Assembly: GCA_040954595.2 (NCBI GenBank)
Contig: CM082582.2
Location: 806,001 to 870,000, forward strand
DNA: 64,000 nucleotides
Direction of reading: 5' to 3'
Source of the DNA: Balanoglossus misakiensis
Lineage: Eukaryota; Animalia; Hemichordata
In this document: positions 12,588 to 24,943 of the stretch, piece by piece
How positions within the stretch are numbered: the first letter of the stretch is position 1
How the letters are laid out: every line of letters starts with the position of its first letter
Program-made: the position numbers and the translations under genes
The notes under the pieces: model-generated
Told to the model about the DNA's origin: nothing
Seen by the model: only the letters and a program-made list of their open reading frames with translations
Databases searched by the model: none

Positions 12588-13212
12588 TATTTTGATTACA
12601 GAGGTGGGGTTTAATCTTGCCTTTGCATATGTTTATCCCTGTCCTGTTGCATTGGGCTTGTATCTATGGTAACCTTATTATCAGCAGTAAGAGCCACAAC
12701 TATGAAACAGTTTTAATATCAAGCACTATCTGAATTACACGGCCATTCTCATTGGTGTATATAGTGTAGTCACGTTATATTTTACTGCAACTGATGAAAG
12801 TCTCCTAAAAAAACAAATGTGTCTTTACCCACTGTGCACAGAGTATTTGAATGATACTCAGTTGATGGTCATATAGTATAGCGCCCTCTGCGGTAGTATT
12901 TTGATTATGGAGGTGGGGTTTAATCTTGTCTTTGTATATGTTTATCCCTGTCATGTTGCATTGGGCTTGTATCTATGGTAACCTAATTATCAGCAGTAAA
13001 GGCCACAACTATGAAACAGTTTTAATATCAAGCACTCTCTGAATTACATGGCCATTCTCATTGGTGTATATAGTGTAGTCACGTTGTATTTTACTACAAC
13101 TGATGAAAGTCTCCTAAAAAACCAAATGTGTGTTTACCCACTGTGCACAGAGTATTTGAATGATACTCAGTTGATGGTCATATAGTATAGCACCCTCTGT
13201 GGTAGTATTTTG

Positions 13213-14357
13213 GTCTCTCAGATACTGTTCTCATGTGGTTTATGTCATACCTTTCCAATCGTAGTCAGTGTGTACTTGTAAATTCCACCCAATCACCTTT
13301 CTATCGGCTCGACACTGGGGTACCACAGGGATCAGTTCTTGGTCCCATACTTTTCAAAATGTACCCGTCTCCATTTGGTGAATTAGTTCAAAGTCATGGT
13401 TGTCTTTATAGTTTTTATGCAGATGACTCTTCACTTTATATGTCTTTTAGTAAAGACAACGCAGCAAGAACTGTTTCAAATCTTGAACTTTGTATATCCG
13501 ATGTTAGGTTTTGGATGTCTGAAAACTTCTTGTGCTTATACGACGATAAGACTGAATTTGTTATTTCCTTTGGTATTTCAGGTGATCTGTCTGCTAGAGG
13601 GATTTCAGAAATTCGTGTTGGCGATTCTCTGATTCCTGTCCATTGTCAGGCTAAGAGCCTTGGTGTGCTCCTTGACTCTTGTCTGACAATGAAGCCACAT
13701 ATTGGACAGATCTGCCGCTCTGCCACTTTTCATTTACGTCGCATTGCGCTTATCCGCAAATATTTATCTCATTCTGCTACAGAGCAATTAGTTCATGCAT
13801 TCATTACTTCTCGAATTGATTCATGTAATTCACTTTTATTTGGGCTCCCGAAGTATTCAATCAACCGTATCCAACGCGTTCAGAATATTGCTGCTAGAAT
13901 TGTTACTCATTCAAAAATCACCTGTCACATCACTCCAATTTTGTATCAGTTGCACTGGCTACCTGTTACACAGCGTATTGTTTTTAAGATGTTAGTTCTC
14001 ATTTTTAAATCTATAATAAACTTGGTCCAATCTATCTTTCTAGCATGACTAATCTATATGTTCCGTGTCGCAATTTAAGGTCAGCTGATCAGTTCAAACT
14101 CTGCCTTGTTCGATCACGCACCAAGAGTTATGGTGATCGTGCTTTTACTGTTGCTGCTCCAATTCTTTGGAATAATCTTCCACTCACCATTCGCCAGGCA
14201 CCAGACTTATCTGTTTTTAAATCAAATGTTAAAACTTTACTTTTTAAATCTGTTTTTTAGCCATTTGTTGTATTGTACTTTTGCTTTAAGCGTCATTGAT
14301 CACATTTTTGTGGATACTGACACTATACAAATAAATTATTATTATTATTATTATTAT
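13213..14357 (+). mobile_element. Second, apparently identical copy of the truncated L2/CR1 LINE
   Basis: Identical ORFs offset by exactly 1770 bp; same 5' truncation point. Confidence 0.93.
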
Positions 14358-15249
14358 TATTTTGATTACAGAGGTGGGGTTTAATCTTGCCTTTGCATAT
14401 GTTTATCCCTGTCCTGTTGCATTGGGCTTGTATCTATGGTAACCTTATTATCAGCAGTAAGAGCCACAACTATGAAACAGTTTTAATATCAAGCACTATC
14501 TGAATTACACGGCCATTCTCATTGGTGTATATAGTGTAGTCACGTTATATTTTACTGCAACTGATGAAAGTCTCCTAAAAAAACAAATGTGTCTTTACCC
14601 ACTGTGCACAGAGTATTTGAATGATACTCAGTTGATGGTCATATAGTATAGCGCCCTCTGCGGTAGTATTTTGATTATGGAGGTGGGGTTTAATCTTGTC
14701 TTTGCATATGTTTATCCCTGTCCTGTTGCATTGGGCTTGTATCTATGGTAACCTAATTATCAGCAGTAAAGGCCACAACTATGAAACAGTTTTAATATCA
14801 AGCACTCTCTGAATTACATGGCCATTCTCATTGGTGTATATAGTGTAGTCACGTTGTATTTTACTGCAACTGATGAAAGTCTCCTAAAAAAAACAAATGT
14901 GTATTTACCTACTGTGCACAGAGTATTTGAATGATACTCAGTTGATGGTCATATAGTATAGCACCCTCTGTGGTAGTATTTGGATGATAGGGGAAGGGGT
15001 AACCTACCTTTTCTATACATGTATATGGTTATCCCTCTTCTATTGCATTCCGCTTGTATCTATGGAAACCTAATTATCAGCAGTGAATGCCAAATTGTAA
15101 AACAGCAACATATTTATTATCAAACACTGTATGGAATTGAATATACACAATATGTTTTGTGTGTTTGCTGGCTACATACATGCATAAATACGTACATACA
15201 TATATTACACTCATACTCAAGCACACAGCTAATGGACTCTTTTTTTCAT

Positions 15250-15323
15250 CATCCCCACCAGGAATCGAACCTGGATCTCTTATCACAAAGTGACAAGTGT
15301 GTTAACCATTACACCATGAGGAT
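15250..15323 (-). tRNA. tRNA-Gln(TTG)-like sequence / tRNA-derived repeat with abnormal anticodon arm
   Basis: Acceptor ATCCTCA/TGGGGAT, D-stem GTGT/ACAC, T-arm CCAGG-TTCGATT-CCTGG, A and B boxes; 19-nt anticodon arm; no oligo-T terminator. Confidence 0.5.
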
Positions 15324-17771
15324 TTTTTATCTCCACTAACTGCCAACACACTGTCCAATTGCACATTCACTCACTGACATATTCAACTAACACACCAGTT
15401 TCTTTATTTCAAAAAGTACACAGTAAAACATCACAAATGACAAGACAGGGGTATCAGGAATCACACAAATCATACTCAATGTTTTACTGAAGCCATTGCT
15501 GTAAGATTGCTGTAAGTAATGGCACTATTCAATGGTGTTAACACCACATAGCACAATGATGTACTGCACACATTCAAGTCACATACCTTTTTGAAGTATT
15601 AATAAACACTGATTCTATGAACTGTTAAAATTATTTTTTCTTACATCATCCCTGAATACCAAATTTCAAACAAATTAGGCTAGTGCTTTCACATGTTAAC
15701 ACACAATGCATGGCACTGGACAATCATCCTATCCGATCTGAAACCTCAGTGTCACTTACCACAAAACTAAACACGTTATCTACAAATGATTTACGAAACT
15801 AATTCGTACACGACACAATACACATTTGAGTGTGTTGATCTCTTAGTTTGTACATGATACTTTGCACTGATGTACACCAACACTCACCTTGAGAACTCTT
15901 TGGTAGCCAAAACTGTCAAGAAAATAAACAAAACTTTTAAATTAAATCATTAAGTATAATTGTGTATTTAAACAAGTACATCAAGATATACACTTGCCTG
16001 CATAACACACACCTCTCAATAGCCATAATGTATCAATGTCGAGATGACATCACTCCAAGTACAAGATAGCGAATGATGATTTTTTTACAATAACCCCACT
16101 ACTTAAACAGGACAACAAATTACAATGAATTCACTATCAACCTTGTGATATTCAGAAAATCAATTCTTGGTCACATAAATTGTCCTGTCCACAAAATGGT
16201 TTCATGGCATCAAAATATGTTAACAAGTCAACTCTACTTTTCATGCTCCAACCAGATTTCATTGTCTATGTTTTTAACATGCCTGTCACGACTAGAAAGC
16301 ATACACACTAAACAGAGTGGTCACCAGCATAATTTGGCCAATTCTATGCTTGTCCTCACATTCTTACGAACAATTCAAATGTCAAATTATCTAGCAATGT
16401 TTCTGTTATGTACTCACACAGATTGTTCCATATTTGAAGCAAATAATTATCAAAAACAAATTGATTACCCTGATATAAATTCCAATGAAAACCTTAAGGC
16501 TTTTGGTCATGTAAACATACAATATTAACAGAAAAAATAATGGAAAATACAATCCATTTTTACTACTGTTTATTTTTTGACAAATACATATAAGAGACAT
16601 GGAAACTATTGAAGTACACATCCCAAAATAATATCCTACCACTGCTTGTACGTTTCATACACACGATACAAGACCGATCGCCCGAATTCAGCAGATTCGC
16701 TTGCCTAAAACCGTTTCTAAATAATCATATGTACCTGTATACACTCCAAAAATAAGCTTAATTTCAACTTGTATGGAATGAAATAGAAACTCCGATGTAC
16801 CCAGCCTCTGATGTTTCTATTCCTTCAAGCAAACTTCACCATCTTAACATATATACAATTTGCCAAAACATGCATACAAACGAAACCCTTTCAGTATATA
16901 ACGACAACCGCCATATTGGATGTCGCTCGACACGAAAATAAAATACGCCTGACAAAACTGCCATCGCCTCATACACAATTAAAATCACACTACCATTGGA
17001 TAAAACACAACTACATAACCAATACCATCAACTCTTACACGTTCAAACCACCGATTCTGTCATTTATACTCATTTAAAAATAACCACGAGAATATACACA
17101 TATCCCACTAACCTATATTCAGCTGCTGAACAACAAGAGCACTTGATTCGTTTTCGGATGTGACTACGTGCAACAACATACGCATCACCATCACATTCGC
17201 GTTGGGATTCAAGACAGTTTCAATATCTCAAGAAGCAATACAACGAGAAGACCTTCTCGGGATTTTATGCACATCCTGTTGGATATCGCTGCCAAATGTC
17301 TACAGATGATAAAACATGATACCAGAATGTTGTATTGGGGACAACCATCAAATGTTCCCGTGCCAGCACCCTCTATATTCTAGAAACCCTGGTATATCTC
17401 AAGAAACATTACCATTTTTAATTATTTTTAAAAGCAAAAGTAAGTTGTCATTTTATTTGTACAATTATTTCTCTATATTAAACAAGTATACATAAACACT
17501 AAAACATGTTTTGCCATGTTAACATAAATTTATGACCATTTTAAAATACTATATAGCTTATATTTATTAAAGTACAAATTCGGATGTTTTTCATTTTTAA
17601 CCATTTCCACAATCAAAATAAAAAAAAAATCGCATTAATAGTAGATTGGGTTATATTGGATATCATTATGTAAAACTGAAGAGTCACTATGGCATGGAAA
17701 CTACTGAGATATGTGGTAGAAAACCAAAATGCCCAACAAATATACACAGTGTGTGTTGTGTGTTAGATAGG

Positions 17772-17793
17772 TACATACATGCATGCATGCATG

Positions 17794-17825
<32 letters not shown>

Positions 17826-17832
17826 CATACAT

Positions 17833-17911
<79 letters not shown>

Positions 17912-17956
17912 TACATACATACATACATACATACATACATACATACATACATACAT
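17772..17956. repeat. (TACA)n-(CA)n-(TACA)n microsatellite
   Basis: Direct inspection; its left flank 17740-17775 is RC of 20280-20318. Confidence 0.95.
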
Positions 17957-19199
17957 GCGCCCTGTATTGACCAAATACCGTCGTGCAAGCTCATGTACAA
18001 GCTATTTCTTTATGCCTGAACAAAAATTGACCAAATTCTACTGTTTATTATGATTCATTCTTCGAAACAATTCATCTTCTTGCCATATTTTATTTGTTCA
18101 TATAACACATTTTGAAGAAAAGTTGTACAAAGACTACAATATACTAATGGGCTATATTCTCAAAACAGATATATTACCACAAATACTACTAGGGATTGTG
18201 TAGTGGTTTCTTTCTCACTATAAGACATATGATATCTGATATCAACCATACAAACAATATCAATCTTTTTACACACATACATACATTCATACTTACACAA
18301 AAAGCATAAAACACCAATTTATTTTATATAGCCTTATATTAATTTATTTCAATTGTGAAAATAGACACACATACAAAAAAGAACAGAAAAACAATCACAG
18401 TATCTGGTTTATGAAATAAAAAAGACCAAACAAGCAATTGCTTCCGAAATAACATATTCCACATTCTGTCACAAATTGAGCAAATTCCAGTAAAATCAAC
18501 CCCAAGGACCTACACACTAAATTTCAAAGTAATTGTACAAAGAATTTAACTAAACACAACTAAAATTGATCAAAAATTACACATTTCACCACAATTTACA
18601 TAAACTCTACCAACTTCACCCTAGGAACCTGCATACTAAATTTCAAAGTAATTGGCCCCGTGGTTTCAGTAAAGAAAAGTGACAGACAGTGACACCACTC
18701 ACCCAATAAGACAATCTAATAAGCTCAACATAACTGACAACACAGCTAAACAGTTCACCGACAATATAAATACAATTGTGTACATTTCACAAATGACAAT
18801 ATTAGCCTTTTAGTCACCTCTGACTCTAATGTAAAGTACATTATGGTAACTGTTCATTGAAATATTTCTGGGAAATGTTTACTAAGGCTATTTAATATCT
18901 TCTATTTTTTTTTTATAACACATGGTTTCTCTTGCAATTCCTCTTCCAGTAAACAGGATAAACTTTCTACACCATTACACTTATATGCTACTGCCAAATG
19001 GAAGTAATCTAATCCTGTAGTAGCTATAAAGCAGCATTGTCAGGGCCCAAGCAACATGATGAAAAAAGGTGAAAGCACACGTTATAGTTACTCAAACTTT
19101 TACCAGAACATTTTGATAGATCATATTGGTTCACGTCCAAGCAAATCGGACTTCTAACCATATTGGTTAGCTTACAATTTGATAAGTATATTAATTAAA

Positions 19200-19495
19200 G
19201 GGACCCTTTTCCATTAATTATGTTTGATGCAAGACACCATTTATGTTAATGTACATGTGGATATATAGTGAATCAACATTCAACAACACACACTGCTTGT
19301 AGTCACGAGAGTGAAAAATCTTGCCAAAATGAATAATTGGTCTTTACCATTTATTCATTTTGGGCGAGTTTTTACTGTCATATCCTACAAACGGGATGGA
19401 AGCTGTGTGTGGTCGAACGTTGATTCACTATATATCCACATTAACAGTCTCTTGTATCACACATAATTATTAAAAAAGGGCAGCAAAGAGACTTT
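19200..19495. mobile_element. Palindromic MITE-like element; half copies at ~29095-29250 and ~31415-31540
   Basis: Arms TGTGGATATATAGTGAATCAAC / GTTGATTCACTATATATCCACA around centre ~19342. Confidence 0.65.
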
Positions 19496-19713
19496 CTGCC
19501 TTTAATAAGCTAATAAAAGTGTTAGACTGCATTGGCTGCTCTATAATACCATATAGCAATGCAGTAACTCCTGTGGATGCCAATTTCTGACTCTCTGTTA
19601 TTTCTCACATGCATTTGTGAATTTTTATTGAAATAAAAAAACTGGTGTGTTGAATATGTCAGTGAGTGAATGTGCAATTGGACAGTGTGTTGGCAGTTAG
19701 TGGAGATAAAACA

Positions 19714-19787
19714 ATCCTCATGGTGTAATGGTTAACACACTTGTCACTTTGTGATAAGGGATCCTGGTTCGATTCCTGGTGAGGATG
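19714..19787 (+). tRNA. tRNA-Gln(TTG)-like sequence, inverted partner of 15250-15323
   Basis: ATCCTCA/TGAGGAT acceptor, TGGTGTAATGGTTA A-box, GGTTCGATTCC B-box; flanks 19630-19815 are RC of 15220-15410. Confidence 0.5.
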
Positions 19788-19821
19788 ATTAAAAAAGGAG
19801 TCCATTTGCTGTGTGTTTTCC

Positions 19822-19956
19822 ATGTATGCATGCATGTATGTATGCATGCATGTATGTATGCATGTATGTATGCATGTATGTATGCATGCATGTATGCATG
19901 TATGTATGTATGTATGTATGTATGTATGTATGTATGTATGTATGTATGTATGTATG

Positions 19957-19990
<34 letters not shown>

Positions 19991-20286
19991 TGTATGTATG
20001 CATGCATGCATGTATGTATGCATGCATGCATGCATGTATGTATGCATGCATGCATGTATGTATGCATGTATGTATGCATGTATGTATGCATGCATGTATG
20101 CATGTATGTATGTATGCATGTATGCATGCATGTATGCATGTATGCATGTATGTATGTATGCATGTATGCATGCATGTATGTATGTATGTATGCATGTATG
20201 TATGTATGTATGTATGTATGTATGTATGTATGTATGTATGTATGTATGTATGTATGTATGTATGTATGTATGTATGTATGTATGTA
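19822..20286. repeat. Compound (TATG)n/(CATG)n microsatellite
   Basis: Direct inspection. Confidence 0.95.
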
Positions 20287-20589
20287 CCTATCTAACACAC
20301 AACACACACTGTGTATATTTAATTCCACAATGCTTGATACTAAAACTGTCCACAAAAAAACATTTGTTTATAACCCCTAAGTGCTTGTCTTCCACACTTA
20401 CCTTCTCTTGGCATTTTTTTCCACAGATGATGCAATACTGCTCGTCTCTTCATCCTGGTCTCTTGCGCTCCCCTTTTTACTCTCCCTGAATGCTGACAAC
20501 ACGTACCGTCTCATTGTTCAGTGGATATACCTTGCTGTCATCTGCATCTGCTCCCTCAGTACCCCCTTCTCCCTGGCACAATCATCCAA

Positions 20590-21325
20590 ATACTATCGCA
20601 GAGGGCGCTATACTATATGACGATCAACACAATATCATTCAGATAATCTTTGCACAGTGGGTAAATTAAGCATTTGGTTTTTCACGAGACTTTCATCAGT
20701 TGTACTAAAATGAAATGTGTCTACACTATACAAATGACAATGGCCTTCTAATTCAGAGACGTTTGGAAGGACTAGTGAGCACATACAGCAAATCAGAAGG
20801 CCCAAAATGGCAAGGTTGCATGATTACTAATGGGAAACAAAGAATACACAGGGTATATTTAATTCCACAGAGTGCTTGATACTAAAATTATTGCTGTTTT
20901 ACAATTGTGGCATTTACTGCTGATAATAAGGTTACCATAGATACAATTGGAATGAAACCGGACAGGGATAAACATATAAAGGCTAGGTTAACCCCCCACC
21001 CCCTACCACAGAGGGCGCTATACCGATCATCAAGTCAGTACCATTGAAATAAATCTGTGCAGAGTGGGTAAATTAGGCATTTGGTTCTTCAGATTTTCAT
21101 AAGTTGCACTAAAATGCTATGTGGCCCACTACAAGGATAAATAAGTCAAAAATGGCAAATTTGATATTTACTTTGAGGTTGACATGGGGCAAAGGAGACA
21201 ATACAAGAACACTGAAACTCAATTAGTGAAACACTAAAGTTGTACATGTACTTTATTTCTCTAACAAACTTAGAGAAAATTTACATGGCCATCTTTTTAC
21301 TCAGAGAACTGATGTTGAAAAGAAA
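20590..21325 (-). repeat. Inverted, diverged satellite units plus flank (RC of 9890-10510)
   Basis: CAGAGGGCGCTATA at ~20600 and ~21010; colinear RC match. Confidence 0.8.
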
Positions 21326-21478
21326 ACAATGTTACATCATACAATTGAAATCCTACATGTCACTAATTTCTGATTTTCACAAATGTTCATAAAAAAAACC
21401 TGTTCTCTGCAAACCTTACCCCCCCCCCCCCCCTCCTATTGTCGGTGCTTCTAATGTAACTCTCAATTTTTCCCTAAG

Positions 21479-21803
21479 GTGTTAAAAGAACCAAATGGTG
21501 ATGATATGGTAGAAGGGATATTTGAGGGAATAGACATAGATGAGTAAATATTAACTGCAGTACTTGCTTCCACCAATTTCCAATCATTTTGTGTACATGT
21601 TCACGTCTCTGTGTCTTACCAATCACATTCTGTCCTTTTTATTTTTTTCTAGAAGTGGCATCTTCTGTGTCAGACGGCAAATACTTACAGTGTCCCACCT
21701 TATGCCAGACCTTGGGTACAGAGGAGGCCATATTAGAAAACCTGCCAATGCATGTACACTACTCTATCAATCAAGAAATGCAACAGTCACAAAGATTGAG
21801 TAA
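21479..21803 (+). pseudogene. OB-gene 3' exons E5 (21479-21543, VLKEPNGDDMVEGIFEGIDIDE) and E6 (21653-21803, frameshifted, ends NATVTKIE*)
   Basis: Canonical AG/GT sites with matching phases; preceding intron 21340-21478 matches 8560-8711, which follows E4'. Confidence 0.55.
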
Positions 21804-22074
21804 GTTAACTAAACCAAAGCAATCTCCACCCTGCAACTTCCCCAGCACTTACTATCTGCATGCAAGTTGTGAACTTTTAATTTAGTATTCATTACAGAAA
21901 CATTTCAGTCCTACAATTCACATGCATCTTATTTTCGTCAACACCAACTTATACAAAATATGATTTAACCATCTTGTTCTCATTTCTCTCCAATGTACAG
22001 AAAGCAGTAGCCTGGATGGATTTACAGAGAGAGAGGCTAGTACACGGCACTCATGTGGACATGCACTACCACAT

Positions 22075-23350
22075 ATCATATCTCAAGGGGACTTCGGTTG
22101 TCGCTGTAGTATTTAACCCAAGTTTAACTGTGACACCCACGTCCATACATGGCAAGGTTTTCTCTCCCAAAAGTTTCAGTTTGGCATCCCAGTTACCATC
22201 AGTTGCGCTTTCTCCATGCCTTCTAAGTTGAATGCGATTTACCATCACCGGATTCATACTGTGGTGCAAAGACAATTAAAAACATCGATTGTAAGTCATT
22301 TAGTAGAGATACCATTATTACCAAACCTCGTTTTAAAATACATGTAATCTGTACTCGAAACTATCATTTTTTCTTTCTTTCTAGAATATGACTTGTAAGC
22401 GAGTGCCGCGTTTAAATTGATACTGAGAATAAACACCGCTAATCGACGATAAAATCAACGTATTTTCAAATGCAAGTGAACGCATGGAGGCGGCCATATT
22501 GAATTTAGGTTACATCCCAAGACATTCCGACTGGGCTTCAGGTGGATTCGGGAAAGGTCTCTAAAACATAATCGGTCATCCAGTTTTGTATACTAAATTT
22601 CTAAAAATGTAGGACATGGGAGGTTAACATACCCACAATGACTACACACAAAAAAGGGCCCAGGCGTTTCGGGGTGCGATTGTTACGTACCTTAGCTCCA
22701 TCATCTGCAACCAGCCAAGGCCTGGCTGTGAAATTGCGCGTCATGGAGGATGTCGAGATCCGGAATTCCGCCAACGGGAAACTGTTTAGCGTGCCTTGTA
22801 TGCAGCACGATGGCAACGTTCTGGAACTTAAATTCTGGAAAGAAAATCCGAAGTGGCTGAACAGATTACAGAAGGGAGAATACGTACAGCTCCGAAACTT
22901 TTCCACTGGAAGAGATAATACCATTTGCCTCTATGATAGAGCAAAGGCCGGGGATGCCATTACGCCGTTAAACCTGAAATATAGATTGAGAGTGGATATT
23001 GTTTTACACAATTTTTGAACATTGAAGTAAAGTATTAGAATGATGGAGTCCGATAGAAAAAGTGAGTTGGTAATTTCGGCATCCGACTTCGTTATTAAAA
23101 TGGAAAGATTTGCGATTTGAGATTCGGTTACCATTTGGAAGTTTGAAAGGAAATATTTCATTCAAGTACAGTGGCAACTACTGGATTATGGAGAATATTT
23201 GAAATGTTGATGAACGGAGACCTATTAGAATCAATGAAAACCTACCTTTATTGGTGTTACGGTTACTACACCTGACAGACCGCTGGTCTGCGTCCGACCG
23301 ATTTTGAGCGCCTAGCTCTTGTGGAGACATGCGGAGGTACAGCGGGTTTA
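22075..23350. pseudogene. Rearranged OB-gene pieces: E4' (minus, ~22086-22258), E2 (plus, ~22712-22946), E2 start/intron 1/E1 (minus, 22947-23350)
   Basis: ORFs 22066-22275(-) and 22638-23018(+) repeat the E4' and E2 peptides. Confidence 0.7.
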
Positions 23351-24210
23351 TTGGTTTTTCGTAAAACCATAGTTAAACTCCAAAAATCTTCTTCTCCAGA
23401 ACGAGCGATGACTGAGTCGCAAGATTCGGGGAGTATGGTCACTACACTGATGTCTATCAAGTTTGCAAAGAGCATTGTGATTGGTCGAAGATTATGGTGG
23501 CCATATTGGATTTTGTAAAAAACAGAGAAAAATTGAAATTCCTTTTTCTAGTCCAAAAATTGATAGCATACAAATTAATTTTATGGATATCAATCGTCAT
23601 GTGACTAAAATATATAACAATTTTTTGGCGATTTTTCACATGACCTTTGACCTAATTATCATGCGTTATTATTTCTGCATATCTAATTCCAGGCTAACCT
23701 ATAGGGCTAGAGGTTTGGTTTTTGATGAATGTGGATTAGTGTGTGATCAAAATATTTTGCTACTTTTCATGACCCCTTTGACCTCTGCTGACCTCATTAA
23801 TTATGCACCTACCTAATTACAGGCGAACCAATAGAGCTAGAGTTTTGGTTTTTGTTGGACATGGACCAGTATGGGTAAAAAAAAATGCCCAAATGTTGGG
23901 TGACCTCAGGTGACCTTTGACCTACTTCACCCTATTTCAGCAGCAAAAATACACACATCCTTGTTATGTCATGAGATAATACATCCGATAGAAAATTCTG
24001 TTTCTTCTCATTCATACTGTGCATATATAATTCAAGATCAGCGCTTGGGCCCGACAATGCTGCTCGCAGCTTTAATTCTTCTTCTTCTTCTTCTTCCGAG
24101 AAATTCGGCCAGTTAGATCTGGAAAACCGCTGCACCTAGGGGGCTGAAACTTGGTAGGGTGATAGGGGCCAATGAGTAGACGTGCAGTGGCTCGTGAATA
24201 TTTAATTAGT
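23350..24210 (+). mobile_element. Helentron-associated non-autonomous element (HINE), 5'-truncated unit followed head-to-tail by a truncated second unit
   Basis: 3' end GCGCTTGGGCCC...GCTGCTCGCAGCTTTAATT at 24041-24077, then (TTC)n and sequence matching RC of 43235-43360. Confidence 0.75.
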
Positions 24211-24217
24211 TTTTCAG

Positions 24218-24504
24218 CAGCTGTATGGTAATTCTTGGTCAAAGCTATGACGAAAATGGACTCCTTGACAACTATTTTAGCTTCCATGGTGATGTTACAC
24301 AGATGAATGTATACGATTATGTATTGACTCCTGTTGAAATCCAGAGTCTGGCTTTGAACTGTTCACAAAGTCCACTTGGCAATCATGTCATGTGGGTTGA
24401 AATGGATCAAGAGTTATTGGGTAGTGTGGTCAAAATCCAGCCATCAGCTTGTGGAAGTACCAGGTGCCCAATTGGTTACTCTGGTTCACCATGCACACCT
24501 GTTG
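24218..24504 (+). CDS. Exon 1 seen: pentraxin/LamG C-terminal half + short EGF-like segment
   Basis: VILGQ...FHGDVTQMNVYDYVLTPVEI; tttcag| and G|gtaaat. Confidence 0.85.
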
Positions 24505-24849
24505 GTAAATAGCCTTATTCATTACTATCAAACAATTTTATGCATAATCTGACGAGGAGAAATTGGGTCATATTCACAGAGTTGATTAATCCTAAATCCT
24601 TACTTTAACACAGCTCTCCTTGTAATGTTATGTCTGTCCAGGGAAAACTGTGTGAAATTTTGAGTAATTTTTCCTGTGAACATTCACCAGCCCCTAGCTG
24701 CTGTGTGTTGTACTCCAATCACACAGCCTGCAATCTCCCTACTTTAGGAAGTATAGGGAATCATCATCTGCCCATGCCTGTATCGCTCACTCTTTTTGTT
24801 TCTACCGTACATGTATTTAACACTGAATGTAATGATACTATTCACAACC

Positions 24850-24943
24850 ACTATCACCATCATCATCATCATAATCATCATCACCACCACCACCACCACC
24901 ATCATCATCATCATCGTCATCATCATCACCATCATCATCATCA
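24850..24943. repeat. (CAT/CAC)n microsatellite in intron
   Basis: Direct inspection. Confidence 0.9.

Larger units (their letters stand above)
10190..15090 (+). repeat. ~309-bp tandem satellite (about 8-9 units) interrupted by two LINE copies
   Basis: Anchor TAG(C/A)GCCCTCTG-type motif at 10191, 10491, 10800, 11109, 11418 and again between and after the LINEs. Confidence 0.92.

Noticed and set aside
11463-14260. Active retrotransposon or two independent insertions
   Set aside because: 5'-truncated, lacks endonuclease, frameshifted; identical truncation point and flanks indicate duplication
15580-17380. Possible minus-strand exons (several donor-like sites, YY1-like motif ~16910)
   Set aside because: All frames contain stops and no recognisable domain
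17646-20489. Long MYVC/HTYI ORFs
   Set aside because: Translations of (TACA)/(TATG) microsatellites
3895-21803. Programmed gene unscrambling or trans-splicing of the OB exons
   Set aside because: No pointer sequences seen; pieces come from two diverged paralogs and E6 is frameshifted, so decay by rearrangement is simpler
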